Part shown: one piece after another, positions 1-12,884 of the stretch
Layout: every line of letters starts with the position of its first letter
Position numbering within the stretch: position 1 is the stretch's first letter
Assembly (NCBI RefSeq): GCF_009914755.1
Contig: NC_060925.1
DNA: 64,000 bases
Direction: 5' to 3' (one strand)
Source: the human T2T-CHM13v2.0 reference genome, Homo sapiens
Position numbers and translations under genes: made by a program
The notes under the pieces: model-generated
Seen by the model: the letters and a program-made list of their open reading frames with translations, nothing else
The model's database searches: none
Told to the model about the DNA's origin: nothing

Positions 1-512
1 TTTACTGAATAAAAATGTATATGCCCTTTTATTAATTTTTAAAAATATGCTTAATATATAAATATATAAAATGCTGAAGATCTTTAGTGAATACTCTTTT
101 ACTAATATAATACATTAACAATTCTTATAAAAGTTCCAAATAATACAAAATATTGAACAAAATGTGAATGTACTTTTTACACCATTCCATTCCCATCTAG
201 TTTGGTGTGTAATGTGCCAATACTCCTCACATGCTTTGTATGCATGGGAAAGTCTTCATGGAAACATGACAGACAGGATGCACTATTTCTCCACGTTTTG
301 ACAAAGCTATTTTTGAAGTGGCTGGATACAGAAAAACCAAAATGTATAAACACTGCTTTTTAATACCTAGCTCCGTGTGTGTGTACGTGTGTGTAAAATT
401 CTGACTTGCATCTAATTCTGTAACCTCGTATCTCATCTCTGAGCCTCAGATCATGGTTGTGAGAAGAAGAATGAAATGAGATGCAAGGATAGGTTTGGGT
501 AAGGAATAGGCT

Positions 513-622
513 GAGGGTGACCAACTCCCAGTTTGCCCAGAACTGAGGGGTTTCAAAGAATGCAGGACGTGTAGTGCTACAACTGGGCAGTCCTGGGCAA
601 ACCAAGACAGCTGGTTACCCTA
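513..622. mobile_element. MER81-like hAT-Blackjack MITE
   Basis: Terminal inverted repeats agggtgacca (514-523) and tggttaccct (612-621), about 110 bp. Internal gtttgcccag...ctgggcaaac matches the recalled consensus. Confidence 0.7.
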
Positions 623-754
623 CTTGTTTTATAAATTAGCTTTTAAAAAAATTACAATGATATAGTAAGAAATAAGATAAGCCTAAGGGATGACTGAGAG
701 AGATGGGGTAAGGGTCATGGCCATGGGGACTGGTAGCATACTGCCTGGGAGGCA

Positions 755-960
755 GTAGAGAGCAAAATGGATAAGACTATGGGTTCAAGTCAGAGGGTTC
801 ATATTAAAATTTGAGCTTTATCCCTTATTCACTGTGTGACCTTGGGCATATTATTAATTTCTACGTGCTTCAATTTCATCTATAAAACAAAAGTAAATAA
901 CAGTAACAATCCAATGTGACAGTTTTGAGAAATGAGATGCTAAATGCAAACTTAACATAC
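755..960 (+). mobile_element. MIR fragment
   Basis: Core motif ctgtgtgaccttgggca...ttcatctataaaa. Confidence 0.6.
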
Positions 961-1180
961 CATAAGAATTGAATAAATGAACTCATCTTTTCTTAAAACA
1001 TGAAGAGTTTAATGGCTTATTTGTAAATTGTCATGATGTGGGCTCTTCTAAAAAACACTGTATTTTAAAGAAAAGAACAAAGTTCAAGAGTGGAACCCCA
1101 TAAAACATTTCTGTTGGCTCAATGACTGCATTAAAAATACTTTTCAATATGCAATAATTTATTTTAAGTAACAAAACACA

Positions 1181-1472
1181 GGCTAGGCACAGTGGCTCAT
1201 GCCTGTAATCCCAACAATTTGAGAGGCTGAGGCAGGCAGATCGCTTGAGCTCAGGAGTTCAAGACCAGCCTGGGCAACATGGTGAAACCCTGTCTCTACC
1301 AATAATACAAAAGATTAGCTGTGCGTGGTGGTATGCGCTTGTGGTGCCAGCTACTCTGGAGGCTGAAGCGGGAGAGTTACTTGAGCCCGAGGTGTGTGGG
1401 GAGGTTGTAATATGCAGAGATGGTGCCACTGCACTCCAGCCTGGGTGACAGAGTGAAATCCTGTCTCAAAAA
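1181..1472 (+). mobile_element. Alu (J/S-age)
   Basis: Dimeric Alu consensus with TSD aacaaaacaca at 1170-1180 and 1473-1483. Confidence 0.95.
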
Positions 1473-1496
1473 AACAAAACACAAATATTTTATAAT

Positions 1497-1811
1497 TTTC
1501 TTATTTTTGAGACAGGGTCTCGCTCTGTTGCCTAGGCTGGAGTACAGTGGCACAATCACAGCTCACTGCAGCCTCAACCTCCCAGGCTCAACTGATCCTC
1601 CCACCTCAGCCTCCTAAGTACACAGGCGCACACCACTACCACGCCCTGCTAGTTTTTGTTTGTTTCTTCCTTTTTTTTTTTTTTTTTTTTTTTAAGAGAT
1701 GGTATTTTGCCATGTTGCCCAGGCTGGTCCCGAACTCCTGAGTTCAAACAGTCCTCCCACCTCTGCCTCCCAAAGTGCTGGGATTACAAGTTTGAGCTAC
1801 TGTGCCCAGCC
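1497..1811 (-). mobile_element. Alu (AluJ-like)
   Basis: Reverse-complement Alu (gagacagggtctcgctctgttgcc...tgcccagcc) with an expanded middle T tract. Confidence 0.93.
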
Positions 1812-4800
1812 TCATAATTTCCCAGTTATTTTGAAGTAGTGTCCACATTCTTCTATCAATTACTTTGTCTTCTCTCACCATCCTAAAACGTTGTTTTGCT
1901 GAGCATGAATGACTAAAACTTGTCCACCAAAATATTAGCTTAAAAAATAATATCCCCAAATCTAATCTTGTATAAAGATAAATCAGGAGATAATAAAATG
2001 TACAGTTCTGTTATACAATACATGATAATTTTACTCAGGATGCATTAACAGAGTTTCTGTAAAATACAAGGACCATTAGTAGGGTGATTCGTAAACCTGC
2101 AGAATGCACAGAAACACCTGTAAGTCTTTCCAAAGCATATCAATGGCCTAGATATATCAGTAACATCTGGAAATCACTGTCTTGGTTCATTTAACACTAA
2201 CATAATGTAAGTAGTATTTACATTATTTACAGTAGTCATACATTTTTAGGAATCTTTCTACTGCGTAAAGGAGGAAGAAAAATATTTACAAATGATCTTT
2301 CTTTAGTCTTCTCTTCTAGATCACTTTCCTTCTTCCCTTTGTTAGCCAGACAATATGTAATGCATATTGTCACTGACTGCTTAGGTACTCTAAATTTATG
2401 AAACTTTACATGCATCTGTTTAATATTCACAGCCAATCTCAGTTTCCAAGATGGAGAGTAGGGCAGCATGCTTATGCTTAATGGATGCATCCACTAACAA
2501 AAGTAGTGATGAAGTCAAATATGAAGTCATAAGAAACAAGATTGTATATTAAAAATCTAAGTAATGCTTACTATTTCTATCAGAGGGTTGTTATCTAAAA
2601 GGTCATGCTTTTGAGGAGAGAGAAAAAAAAAAACACTAGACATAATACATCATAGAATTTCCACCAAAAAAAAGGGTAACATTTTTTGCCCAGTTGAAGT
2701 GGACAGGCATTACTTGACAGAGGGTCTTGATTCAGTGTGTATATGAAGAAATGGTAGATTTTTAAATCTTTTTTCCTGTGCTTAGTGGGCACAAAATTGT
2801 AACAAAAATTACTATGTTTCCTCCTGTTCTTGCTGATGGCTAGCATAAAATTAAACTTTAAAAATCCTAGCTGTCTTTAATACAATGCTTCCCAACCTTT
2901 TACATTTCACAGTAAAATAACAATTTAAAGTTGTGGGGCATACCAGGTTAACTGGACAAGATGCTTGAAGCCAGAACTCACTGGCCTGGAAGCTTCTCTG
3001 AACACTTTGCAGGCCGAGGCATGGTTGTAACCTGTTTGTAGCACCCAGTCTGAGAAGCTAGGCTTGAATGTAGGCCAAACTAAATATTTGAAAGTTTAAA
3101 AACACCATATATATGGTATCATTTTAATTAAACGACTGACATTGTGATTAAACAAAGGAATGAAAATAGCAGTTCCTAAGGGCTCCGATGACTACTGCAG
3201 CAATAGAAATAAACAATTCCTGTTACTCACTCTTACACCACATTTTAGCCCACATACATCAAACTCAGTTTTAGGCACCAAGACTCACTCAGGCCCAAGA
3301 AGGTAGTAAGGAATTCCTACTCTGCACATTGCAAGTTTAAGTTTACGGGCATCCAGTGCCAAAATGTCACAAGCTAACCTGCAGAAACTGAATGACCATG
3401 GAATGCTGAAATTCCAAAAGAAAAACGTTTCTTCACTTCAACCTCTGAATCCAGAAAAGGACTCATCATGTAAACAGACCCCAAATAGGTTGCCAGGCTA
3501 TTTACAAATTTATTACGAATAAGGTACATAGTCCAATACCAGTACAATTTTATTTTAGAAGTGGAAGGAATGAAGAGCAGTGGCTTAAGATTTCTATATA
3601 GGGGGAAATCCAGTGACCATCTAGTTAGAAGTGGGAGCTGGGGAAAGTGTCTTGAAGCTCAGCAAGCAAAGCAAGCATGCTTTCCCCACCCAAACTGCAT
3701 TTATTTGAAGTGAACATTAGGGAGCTGATGAGGACGAGGAGGGCTATGATAAAACTCTCTGAAGCCACCCCTTCGTGCCATTACTGAGTGTTAGAAAGTA
3801 CCTAAATTTATTTGGTGCTTTCTCATATTAATACTGTAAATGGTTAACTATTCTCACATTAGGTGGAAAACAAGATTAGGTGTTCTACAAATAGGAAATA
3901 GCAACAACTTATGTATTATTTTCTCCCATAAACTAGCAAGAAATTAATTCTTAATGATTTCCAATATAGTTATATTCACCTTTGCAAATGTCCCTGTTCA
4001 GCCTACGCTGTGCTTAGATGGCCATGGTCATTGGTTGTATTTGTAAAATAAGAGCTAAGCAGAAAAGAAGATTTTAACATATAATTTGGACTACTGAAGA
4101 AGTCTTTGAAGAGATTTCTTCGAAATTTTGGGCAATCATGAAGCAACAGCAGTTTTCCTTAAGTAATCACAAGGAATTTGGGTCCTTAATAAAAATAAAA
4201 CTTCATTACATGATGTGTATTGACAAATTAAATGAACTTACTTTCTAAAGTACAACAAAGGCTTCAACAATTTTTCTGTTGCTATAAACACTAATTTATT
4301 AGGAAACAGGAACTGATAAAAATATCTTAAGTTAACCTGCACATAAAAGAAGGCTCTGCCTCCAATGTGAATGAGACAGCGGCAAACGGGTATGGATTTA
4401 CTTGAGAAGTGCTGCTACTGTAGGCATAGCAATTGGATTTGCATTTGAACAAAGTCAAGGTTATTAGTAATGAGAACAGAGACAAATCTGAGACTGATCA
4501 AAGTGGGTACCTAAATCAGTTCATGATAATGTTCTTTAATACATCTGGTATAAATATATTTGAAACACTCATTCTCTTACCTTCTGCAGTTTAATTTGAA
4601 GTTTAGGCTTACAAAGATTTCCCAAAGTTAATCCAATGCATCCCCCCTCTATAATTTCATTTCAACTCTAGAAGTCAGAATGATATAGTGACAAGAACAT
4701 TCAATAAGGAGCTAGGATTCATGAGTTCCAAAAACCCTGACTGCTATCAACTTAGGTCATTACTTTTAGTAAGTCATTTACTAGGCTTCTAGGTTTGAAG

Positions 4801-5220
4801 GAGATCACCTATAAATTAAAGACCAGCTCAAAATTTCTGTGATCTTACCTAAAATATGTCATTGTATTATAAATAATCCTGTTACTGTGGATACAAATAA
4901 CATGTGTGTAAGTTTTGGATGTTTGATTTCTTATGTTACATGGATTTTTCTAGGTGTACCTTTACAGTTTCTGTCCTATGCTAACTATATACTTAGGTCT
5001 TTAAGTTAAGGCTATATTTTTTAAGAAATAAACTCAGGGAGCAGAGACCACTTAATTGTCTAGTAAACTTGGTGAACTGTGCACGTGGTAACTAATTGAC
5101 TGATATTCATATATAAAGTAGGTACTTTATATTGCAGTTTGACAAATTTAGTCTAATTCCATCATCAGAAAGAATGAGGCAGTGGAACTCATTTAATGAG
5201 CTTCAATATACCAATATGTT

Positions 5221-5519
<299 letters not shown>

Positions 5520-6366
5520 TCAATATGTTGATTCATTTGATGAGAAATGATTAAAGAAGAAATACTGACCAAGACCATAATCAATACTGCAATCAAATGA
5601 ACATTCTTTTCTTTAGCAGTCTTTAGGCTAATAATTCAATCTTTTGAATTTAAGCTTTCTGGATGTTACCTATTACTTCAAAATTGTTATAATTTCCTTA
5701 AATCTAAGCCTCCATGCTTCTATCCTTCCCCTTTTCACCCCTACAAATAGGATTCATAAAACATGTAGTGGGAATACGAGAAGTGGACTCAGGAAGAGCA
5801 GAGCTAACTACTTCTAAGTATATTTGGAAAGTTAACACATTTTGTCATGCCACATAACTAATTCCTTTAAAGAAATTGATATTTAAGACATTTAGACAGT
5901 ATAGGATTATCTGGCCATGCAGATACATGAATGCTGAATTCTGCCACATTCCTAGTTATAAAAAGATTCAGGCTAAATACAATCAAACTATTAATTTGTA
6001 TTAATCTTTAGCCCATTTTGGCACTTAGACAGTTGGTCATCTCTGATCTAGATGTTTTATAGGTACATAGTTCAGTTCTTCCTACATACAACATCTTATA
6101 GCTTCTATATACCTCATTTCAAACAAAACAGAATTTCATAAAAGCCTCATGTAACTTCTGTTTCTACCAATCATTACGTTACATGAAATAGTATTTGATC
6201 AATAAGGCAATTCTGTGTCAAATTTTATACACAATTTGCTTCTTACAAAAGAAAGACTAACATCTAGAATTTATTCAAAATGTGTCGTGGTACAAATTCC
6301 TTTAATGTCGCCAACCTAATTCATAACACTGTCATGAGAATTACTATTACCTTGTATGAGTTACTC

Positions 6367-6576
6367 CAGGGATCAACAAATGACAACCTGTGGACTAAAT
6401 TGAGCCCATCGCCTATTTTGTTTACTGGAACATAGCCAAACATATTCATTTACATACTATCTGAGGCTGCTTTTACCCTACAATGATGGAGTTGAGTAGT
6501 TTACAAAAGAGACTATACACGAACAGCAAAGCCTAAATTATTTTATCTGCCCTTTATAGAAAGTTTGCCAATCCTG
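6367..6576. mobile_element. MER58A-like hAT-Charlie fossil
   Basis: Ends cagggatcaacaaa...tttgccaatcctg; internal ttactggaacatagcca and gagttgagtagtt motifs. Confidence 0.75.
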
Positions 6577-7108
6577 AGCTACCCTAAGGGTCTCATCATA
6601 ATGGAACTTACAGCAGTCAAAACACTATTACCAACAGAAAAAATAGAGTGCTTTCATAAATAAAACACGAGGCACATTAATAAATGGTTATTATATTAAA
6701 ATGCTTCAGGTATTTAAAACCACCCAAAGTTAATGCTAAAATCAAAATGAATATGTTCCTTCCAATAGTCTTACTATGTTTCTTCATAAAACATTTCTGT
6801 AAACATAATAAAACTTGTTTTAAGTGTAACTTGTGAATTTATTTGACTTAATCACGTTTAACATTTTTATTTGATCCAAGCAGTCGGGCAGAAATTGCTT
6901 TGCAAATCAAAAACTCACACATAAATCAACTACATACATGTTAGTGAATAAAATTTCCTTCAAATGTAGTGAACTAAATTTTTAAACATAGTGCTTTTTT
7001 CCCAACTAAATCTGCTTTTCTCAAAACTGTATAACTTTGTAATTACTTTATGTTTGTCCCTATAGTCTCTGCAAAAACAAATTTTGATTACTTTTTTTTT
7101 TTTTTTAC

Positions 7109-7231
7109 CTTGAGATCACGGTACACAATCTTTCCGGAATGTAGATAGTCCAAGGCAGAGACAATTTCTGCACCATAGAAACGTGTGCGGTCCTCAGAGA
7201 ACACCCGCTCTCTCGACAAATGGAAAAACAG
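7109..7231 (-). CDS. AKT3: AKT3 internal coding exon (123 nt, phase 0/0): [41 protein letters not shown], about aa 233-273, includes the catalytic YRD loop
   Basis: Lies within ORF 7088..7300(-). [11 protein letters not shown] is AKT3-specific. Acceptor CCCTGCAG (ct at 7232-7233); donor AAG|GTAAAA (ac at 7107-7108). Confidence 0.98.
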
Positions 7232-8613
7232 CTGCAGGGTAAACAGCAGGGACAGGATTGTAATAATTACTGATTTAGTGGGGGAAATTAACACAAACAT
7301 AAAACACCTCTCATCACCATATTGTGATGATAGATAGTGTACTCTCAGTGGACACTGAGCACTCTTAGACAGCAGCTGGCTTATCTTTTCCAGGTTTCCA
7401 AGGGGAAACTGCGAGCTGTTAAATCAGCGTTTTAATCAATATACCAATCTTGTTTAAGGCATTCTGCTTGCTACCCATTTAACCTTCAGTTACCAGAGGA
7501 AAAAGGTATGCATCATCAGATTGCAGTTTCCCCCTCACTATACTGTTGCTTCACTCTTCAAGGATTAGGTATTGAGATATTACTAAAATAAATGAACACA
7601 AGCACAGATATATTTTCACTTAATTATTTGATTTCAAAGACAAGACTGTCAATTTGCTGAAACTGATTTACGCGAACTTGTTATATTCTACAATTTTTGA
7701 TTAATCATGATATCTCTAAAAATATTTTCAAAGTCAAATTATTATTGAAAATAGAAAATAATTTGACATTTTCTATGGTGAGAAACTTTAAGGTTTTATG
7801 TTTTTAATTTATTTTAGTAATGCCCAAAATGAACTGAGAAACATCCATTATTCCTATTGCAGTTCTCAATGTATATTCTATTTTCAATAATAATTAGCTA
7901 CAATGCCAGTCCTTTCTCATATTATCACTAAAACTATAAGCCCATCCATTTCCTAGTCAACCTCTTAAAACATATACCATTCGATAGTCAACAAACATTC
8001 ACTGGGTGCTTACTGTGACCAAGTACACGGCTCTCCAATAGGCCACTTCTTCATTAAAGAAACTACAAATATTATCTCAATTGGACAACATACATGAAGA
8101 AAGAGCAGGTTTCAGGCACTGTGAATTGACTATTAATCTTTGTTGTTGAAACATGCTCAGAACAATGAAAGATTGTTTACAGTGCTGAGTATATTGCCAG
8201 GTATCATGGTTATTAATAGATACACAATACATGTCTGTGAAAAAAATGAACCAATCAGCCAATGTACCCTTGACTGCAAGATCAGAAATTTTTCCCTTAC
8301 ATGGATCATTGACTCATAATGTTTCTACAAAATTGGTGAAAATTATGGTTAACTAAGATTTGTTCTGCATACACCAAAGTCATTATTTCAAGTAACATAA
8401 AACAGGTTCCCTATAAATTCATTCTTCCCCATTCCCACCCCCACCTTCACTTAACAGCATATTATAAGATAAGCTTTATGCATGACCCATTGGCATAGTA
8501 AACAGAGAGAGAGAGAAAATATCACCTATAGCCCCAAAAAGTGTAGCACAACAATAATTATATTAAAACTAAAATATTTTGCAGTCTCTAAACTTTAATG
8601 CTTCCTACTATAT

Positions 8614-8782
8614 TACTGTATTTTATCAAATCTCATATGCTACGAATTGGGACTGCATCATCATTTTATAAAACACCAAGGTAAAAAAGGTTGTCAGTTA
8701 AAACTATAACACATGATCTATTCTAAAAGGCATTCTGATTACAGAAATGTTAAGTATGTCTTCCAAATAATCAAATACAGTA
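8614..8782. mobile_element. MER104-like Tc2/mariner MITE
   Basis: Inverted ends tactgtattt...aaatacagta, about 170 bp, similar to the recalled consensus. Confidence 0.55.
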
Positions 8783-9274
8783 TGTGAAAAATCAAGTCAT
8801 TTATACAATTACTCAGGGATATTTTAAAAAATTCATTCATTTCATATAGTTAGATATATATTATCAATGTATTACCAGCCTAACAAGGATAGAAAGTAGA
8901 AGGAGCCATGTTTTCCAGGTTAAAATAATTTCTGCCATGCAAAATATCACTAACTTTGATGAAAAGATCGTGTGATCTCTATGTGGAGTTGCAGTAGTCT
9001 TCTAATGAGATGAAAATAGTGATTAGGTTTCTAAATTTTCTTAAAAGAATGTCAAGCCTACTTACCCACTCATTTAACTTTACAAAAAATATGGATCCTC
9101 CCTAAATCGATATAATATATGCAAGATTCTAGATCTTTATTTAGACTATGTATCTTCAATGTGTCTGCCAGCCAATTTCTATAAATATATCAGCTAAAAA
9201 TTATATTTAAGGGTAAGAATTTACTTCTCAGTCTGCTATCTGATGTGTACCCTTACTACTTTATGGAACTTGTT

Positions 9275-9470
9275 AAGATAACCAACAACCTCTTAATCGC
9301 CAAATCCAATAATCTATTTACAGTCTGCACTGCTTCTTCCAAATCTGAAGCTTAGGACATCACCTACTGCCCTCTTTCTTGAAACACATTTCTGGGCTTT
9401 GGTAATATGACTCTCTCCTGATTTGCCTCCTAACTCTCTGGCTAATCCTTCTCAGTTTCTACTTTGGCTC
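9275..9470 (+). mobile_element. L2 fragment
   Basis: gccaaatccaat...ctctttcttgaaacac...ctctctcctgatttgcctcctaactctctggc is typical L2 ORF2 sequence. Confidence 0.6.
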
Positions 9471-10253
9471 TGAACCAACTTTTCAATTCAGCATTCATTT
9501 AGTGAGTATCAATTATTTTAAAGTCACTGCTGGGCACTGGAGAAGAGAAAGAGGGAATACAGTGATAAGACAGAATCTCTTATGATTCCAAGCATTGAGT
9601 GCGGTAACATTCTCATGAGTATACACTTAACTCCAAACCCATCAAGTTGTTCCGATTAAATATATACAGCATTTTGTATATCAATCATAACTCAATAAAG
9701 TGGTTTAAACAAAAGACAATTCCTGCCATTAAGCAATATGAATGAAGAGGACACAGGTATTGATTTTTAAAAAAAGAGGGTTGTGATAACATTTTATAAC
9801 TCAGATATTAAAAGTACTTTGAAGGCAAAGAGGGATTAATCTGTGCTGGCATCATGTAAGGAGACTTGATAGATAAGAAAAAGCTTTACCTAAGTTTTGA
9901 AGAATAGGTTTTTCATAATGGAAAATTTAAGGGAAAAATCTCCAAAAAAGTGCTACTCAAGTTTTATCCATTTGTATTTCCAACACAGCCTAGGACAGTA
10001 CCTGCACATAGTAGGTGATTAATAAAAATTTAGAAAGCATTAATACTAAAGAGGAAAAATAGCAATGGCAAGAAAACACATGTAGGGAACACATGTAGCC
10101 AAAAAATAATATATAATCAGAGAAATAATAGGACTTCTGGAAAAAAAAGATGAGATCAGATTGGTTAGGATCTTTACTAACATGACAAGAGCATGAATTT
10201 TTTTTCTGTAGATAATAAGTATGAAAGAATTTTAGCTTAAAAATTAGCATAAT

Positions 10254-12884
10254 TTGGATCCACATATGCAAATCAATGAATGTAATTCATAATATAAACA
10301 GAACTAAACACAAAAACCACGTGATTATCTCAATAGACACAGAAAAGGCCTTCAAAAAAATTCAACATCGCTTCATGTTAAAAATTCTCAGTAAACTAGA
10401 TATTGAAGGAACATACATCAAAATAATAAGAGCTATTTATGACAAACCCACAGCAAATATCACACTGAATGGGCAAAAGCCAGAAGCATTCTCCTTGAAA
10501 ACCAGCACAAGACAAGGATGCCCTCTCTCACCACTCCTACTCAACATAGTATTGGAAATGCTGGCCAGGGCAATCAGGCAAGAGAAAAAAATAAAGAGCA
10601 TTCAAATAGGAAGAGAGGAAGTAAAATTGTCTTTGTTTGCAGATGACATGATCCTGTATCTAGAAAATCCCATCCTCTCAGTCCAAAAGCTTAAGTTGAT
10701 AAGCAAATTCAGCAAAGGCTCAGGATAGAAAATCAATGTGCAAAAGTCATAAGCATTCCTATACAACAACAACAGAGAACCAAATCATTTATGAACTCTC
10801 ATTCACAACTGCCACAAAGAGAATAAAATACCTAGAAATACAGCTAACAAGGGAAGTGAAGGACCTCTTCAAGGAAAACTACAAACTACGGCTCAAGGAA
10901 ATAAGAGAGAACACAGACAAATGGGAAAACATTCCAGGCTAATGAATATGAAGAATCAATATTGGGAAAATGGCCATACTGGCCAAAGTAATTTATAGAT
11001 TCAATGCTATTCACAATAAACTACCATGGAAATTCTTCACAGAATTAGAAAAAAACTATTTTAAAATTCACATGGGACCAAAAAAGAACCCACAGAGCCA
11101 AGACAATCCTAAGCAAAAAGAACAAAGCTGGAGCCATCACACTACCTGACTTCAAACTATATTACAAGGCTATAGTAACCAAAACAGCATGGTACTGGTA
11201 ACAAAAACAGACACATAAACCAATGGAACAGAATAGAGAACTCAGAAATAAGACCAAATATCTACAACTATTTGATTTTTAACAAACCTGACAAAAACAA
11301 GCAATAGGGAAGGACATCCTATTGATTGATTGCTTGATTGAATGATTGAGACAGAGTCTCACTCTGTCACCCAGGCTGGAGTGCAGTGGCATGATCTTGG
11401 CTCACAGAAACCTCTACCTCACAAGTTCAAGCAATTCTCCTGCCTCAGCCTCCTGAGTAGCTGAGATTACAGGCATGTGCTACCACACTGGGCTAATTTT
11501 TATATTTTTAGTAGAGATGGGGTTTCACCATGTTGGCCAGGCTGGTCTCAAACTCCTGACCTCAAGTGATCTGCCCACTTCAGCCTCTCAAAGCGCTGGG
11601 ATTACAGGCATGAGCCACTGCATCTGGCCAGCACTCCCTATTTAATAAATGGTGTTGGGAGAACTAGCTAGCCATATAAAGAAAACTGAAACTGGACCCC
11701 TTCCTTATACCTTATACAAAAATTAACTCAAGATTGATTAAAGACAAATGTAAAACCCCAAACTATAAAAAACCTAGAATAAAATCTAGGCAATACCATT
11801 CAGGACATAGGTACGGGCAATGTTTCATGATGACAACATCAAAAGCAATTACAACAAAAGCAATAATTGACAAGTGGGATCTAATTAAAGAGCTTCTGCA
11901 CAGCAAAAGAAACTACCATCAGAGTGAACAGACAACCTACAGAATGGGAGAAAATTTTTGCAACCTAGCCATCTGACAAAGGTCTAATATCCAGAGTCTA
12001 CAAGGAACTTAAACAAATTTACAAGAAAAAAAAATCCCCATTCAAAAGTGGGCAAAGGACATGAGCAGACACTTCTCAAAAGAAGACATTTATGTGACCA
12101 ACAAACACATGAAAAAAAGCTCAACATCACTGATCATTAGAGGATGCAAATCAAAACCACAATGAAATAGCATCTCACACTAGTCAGAATAGTGATTATT
12201 AAAAAATCATGAAACAATAGATGCTAGTGGGGCTACAGAGAGATGGGAACACTTTTACAATGCTGGTGGGAATGTAAATGAGTTCAGCCACTGTGGAAGA
12301 CAAGTGTGGCAATTGCTGTAAGACACAGAACCAGAAATACCCTTTGACCCAGCAATTTCATTACTGGGTATATACCCAAAGGAATACAAATCATTCTACT
12401 ACAAAGATACGTGCATGCATATGTTCACTGCAGCACTATCACAATAGCAAAGTCATGGAATCAACCCAAGTGCCCATCAATGATAGATGGATAAAGAAAA
12501 TGTGGTACATATAACCCAAGAAATACTATGCGGCCATAAAAAGGAATGAGCTCATGTCCTCTGCAGGGACATGAATGGAGCTGGAAGCCATTATCCTAAG
12601 CAAACTAACGCAGGAACAGAAAACCAAACACCGCATGTTCTCACTCATAAGTGGGAGCTGAACAATGAGAATACATGGGCACAGGGAGAACACCACCACA
12701 CATTAGGGCTTGTGGGGCAGAGCCAAGGGAGGGAGATCATCAGGAAAAATGGCTAATGCATGCTGAGCTTAATACTTAAGTGATGGGTTGATAGGTGCAG
12801 CAAACCACCATGGCACACATTTACCTATGTAACAAACCTGCACATCCTGCACATGTACCCTGGAACTTAAAAATAAAATAAAAT
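10254..12884 (+). mobile_element. 5'-truncated L1PA (about L1PA10-13) with ORF2 RT remnant and 3' UTR
   Basis: ORF 10276..10728 contains [10 protein letters not shown] and [14 protein letters not shown]1PA 3' UTR and A-rich tail. TSD aattagcataat at 10242-10253 and 12885-12896. Confidence 0.93.
11324..11629 (-). mobile_element. Alu (AluS) inserted in L1PA, with (ATTG)n tail
   Basis: Reverse Alu interrupts the L1 ORF2 sequence ggaaaggac...cctatttaataaatgg. Confidence 0.93.

Noticed and set aside
7232-7300. N-terminal part of ORF 7088..7300 (MFVLISPT...) as a protein start
   Set aside because: It is intron read-through upstream of the canonical CAG acceptor; only 7109-7231 matches AKT3.
10276-10728. 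150-aa reverse-transcriptase ORF as an active or novel RT system
   Set aside because: It is an ordinary L1 ORF2 fragment in a 5'-truncated, frameshifted, Alu-interrupted copy.
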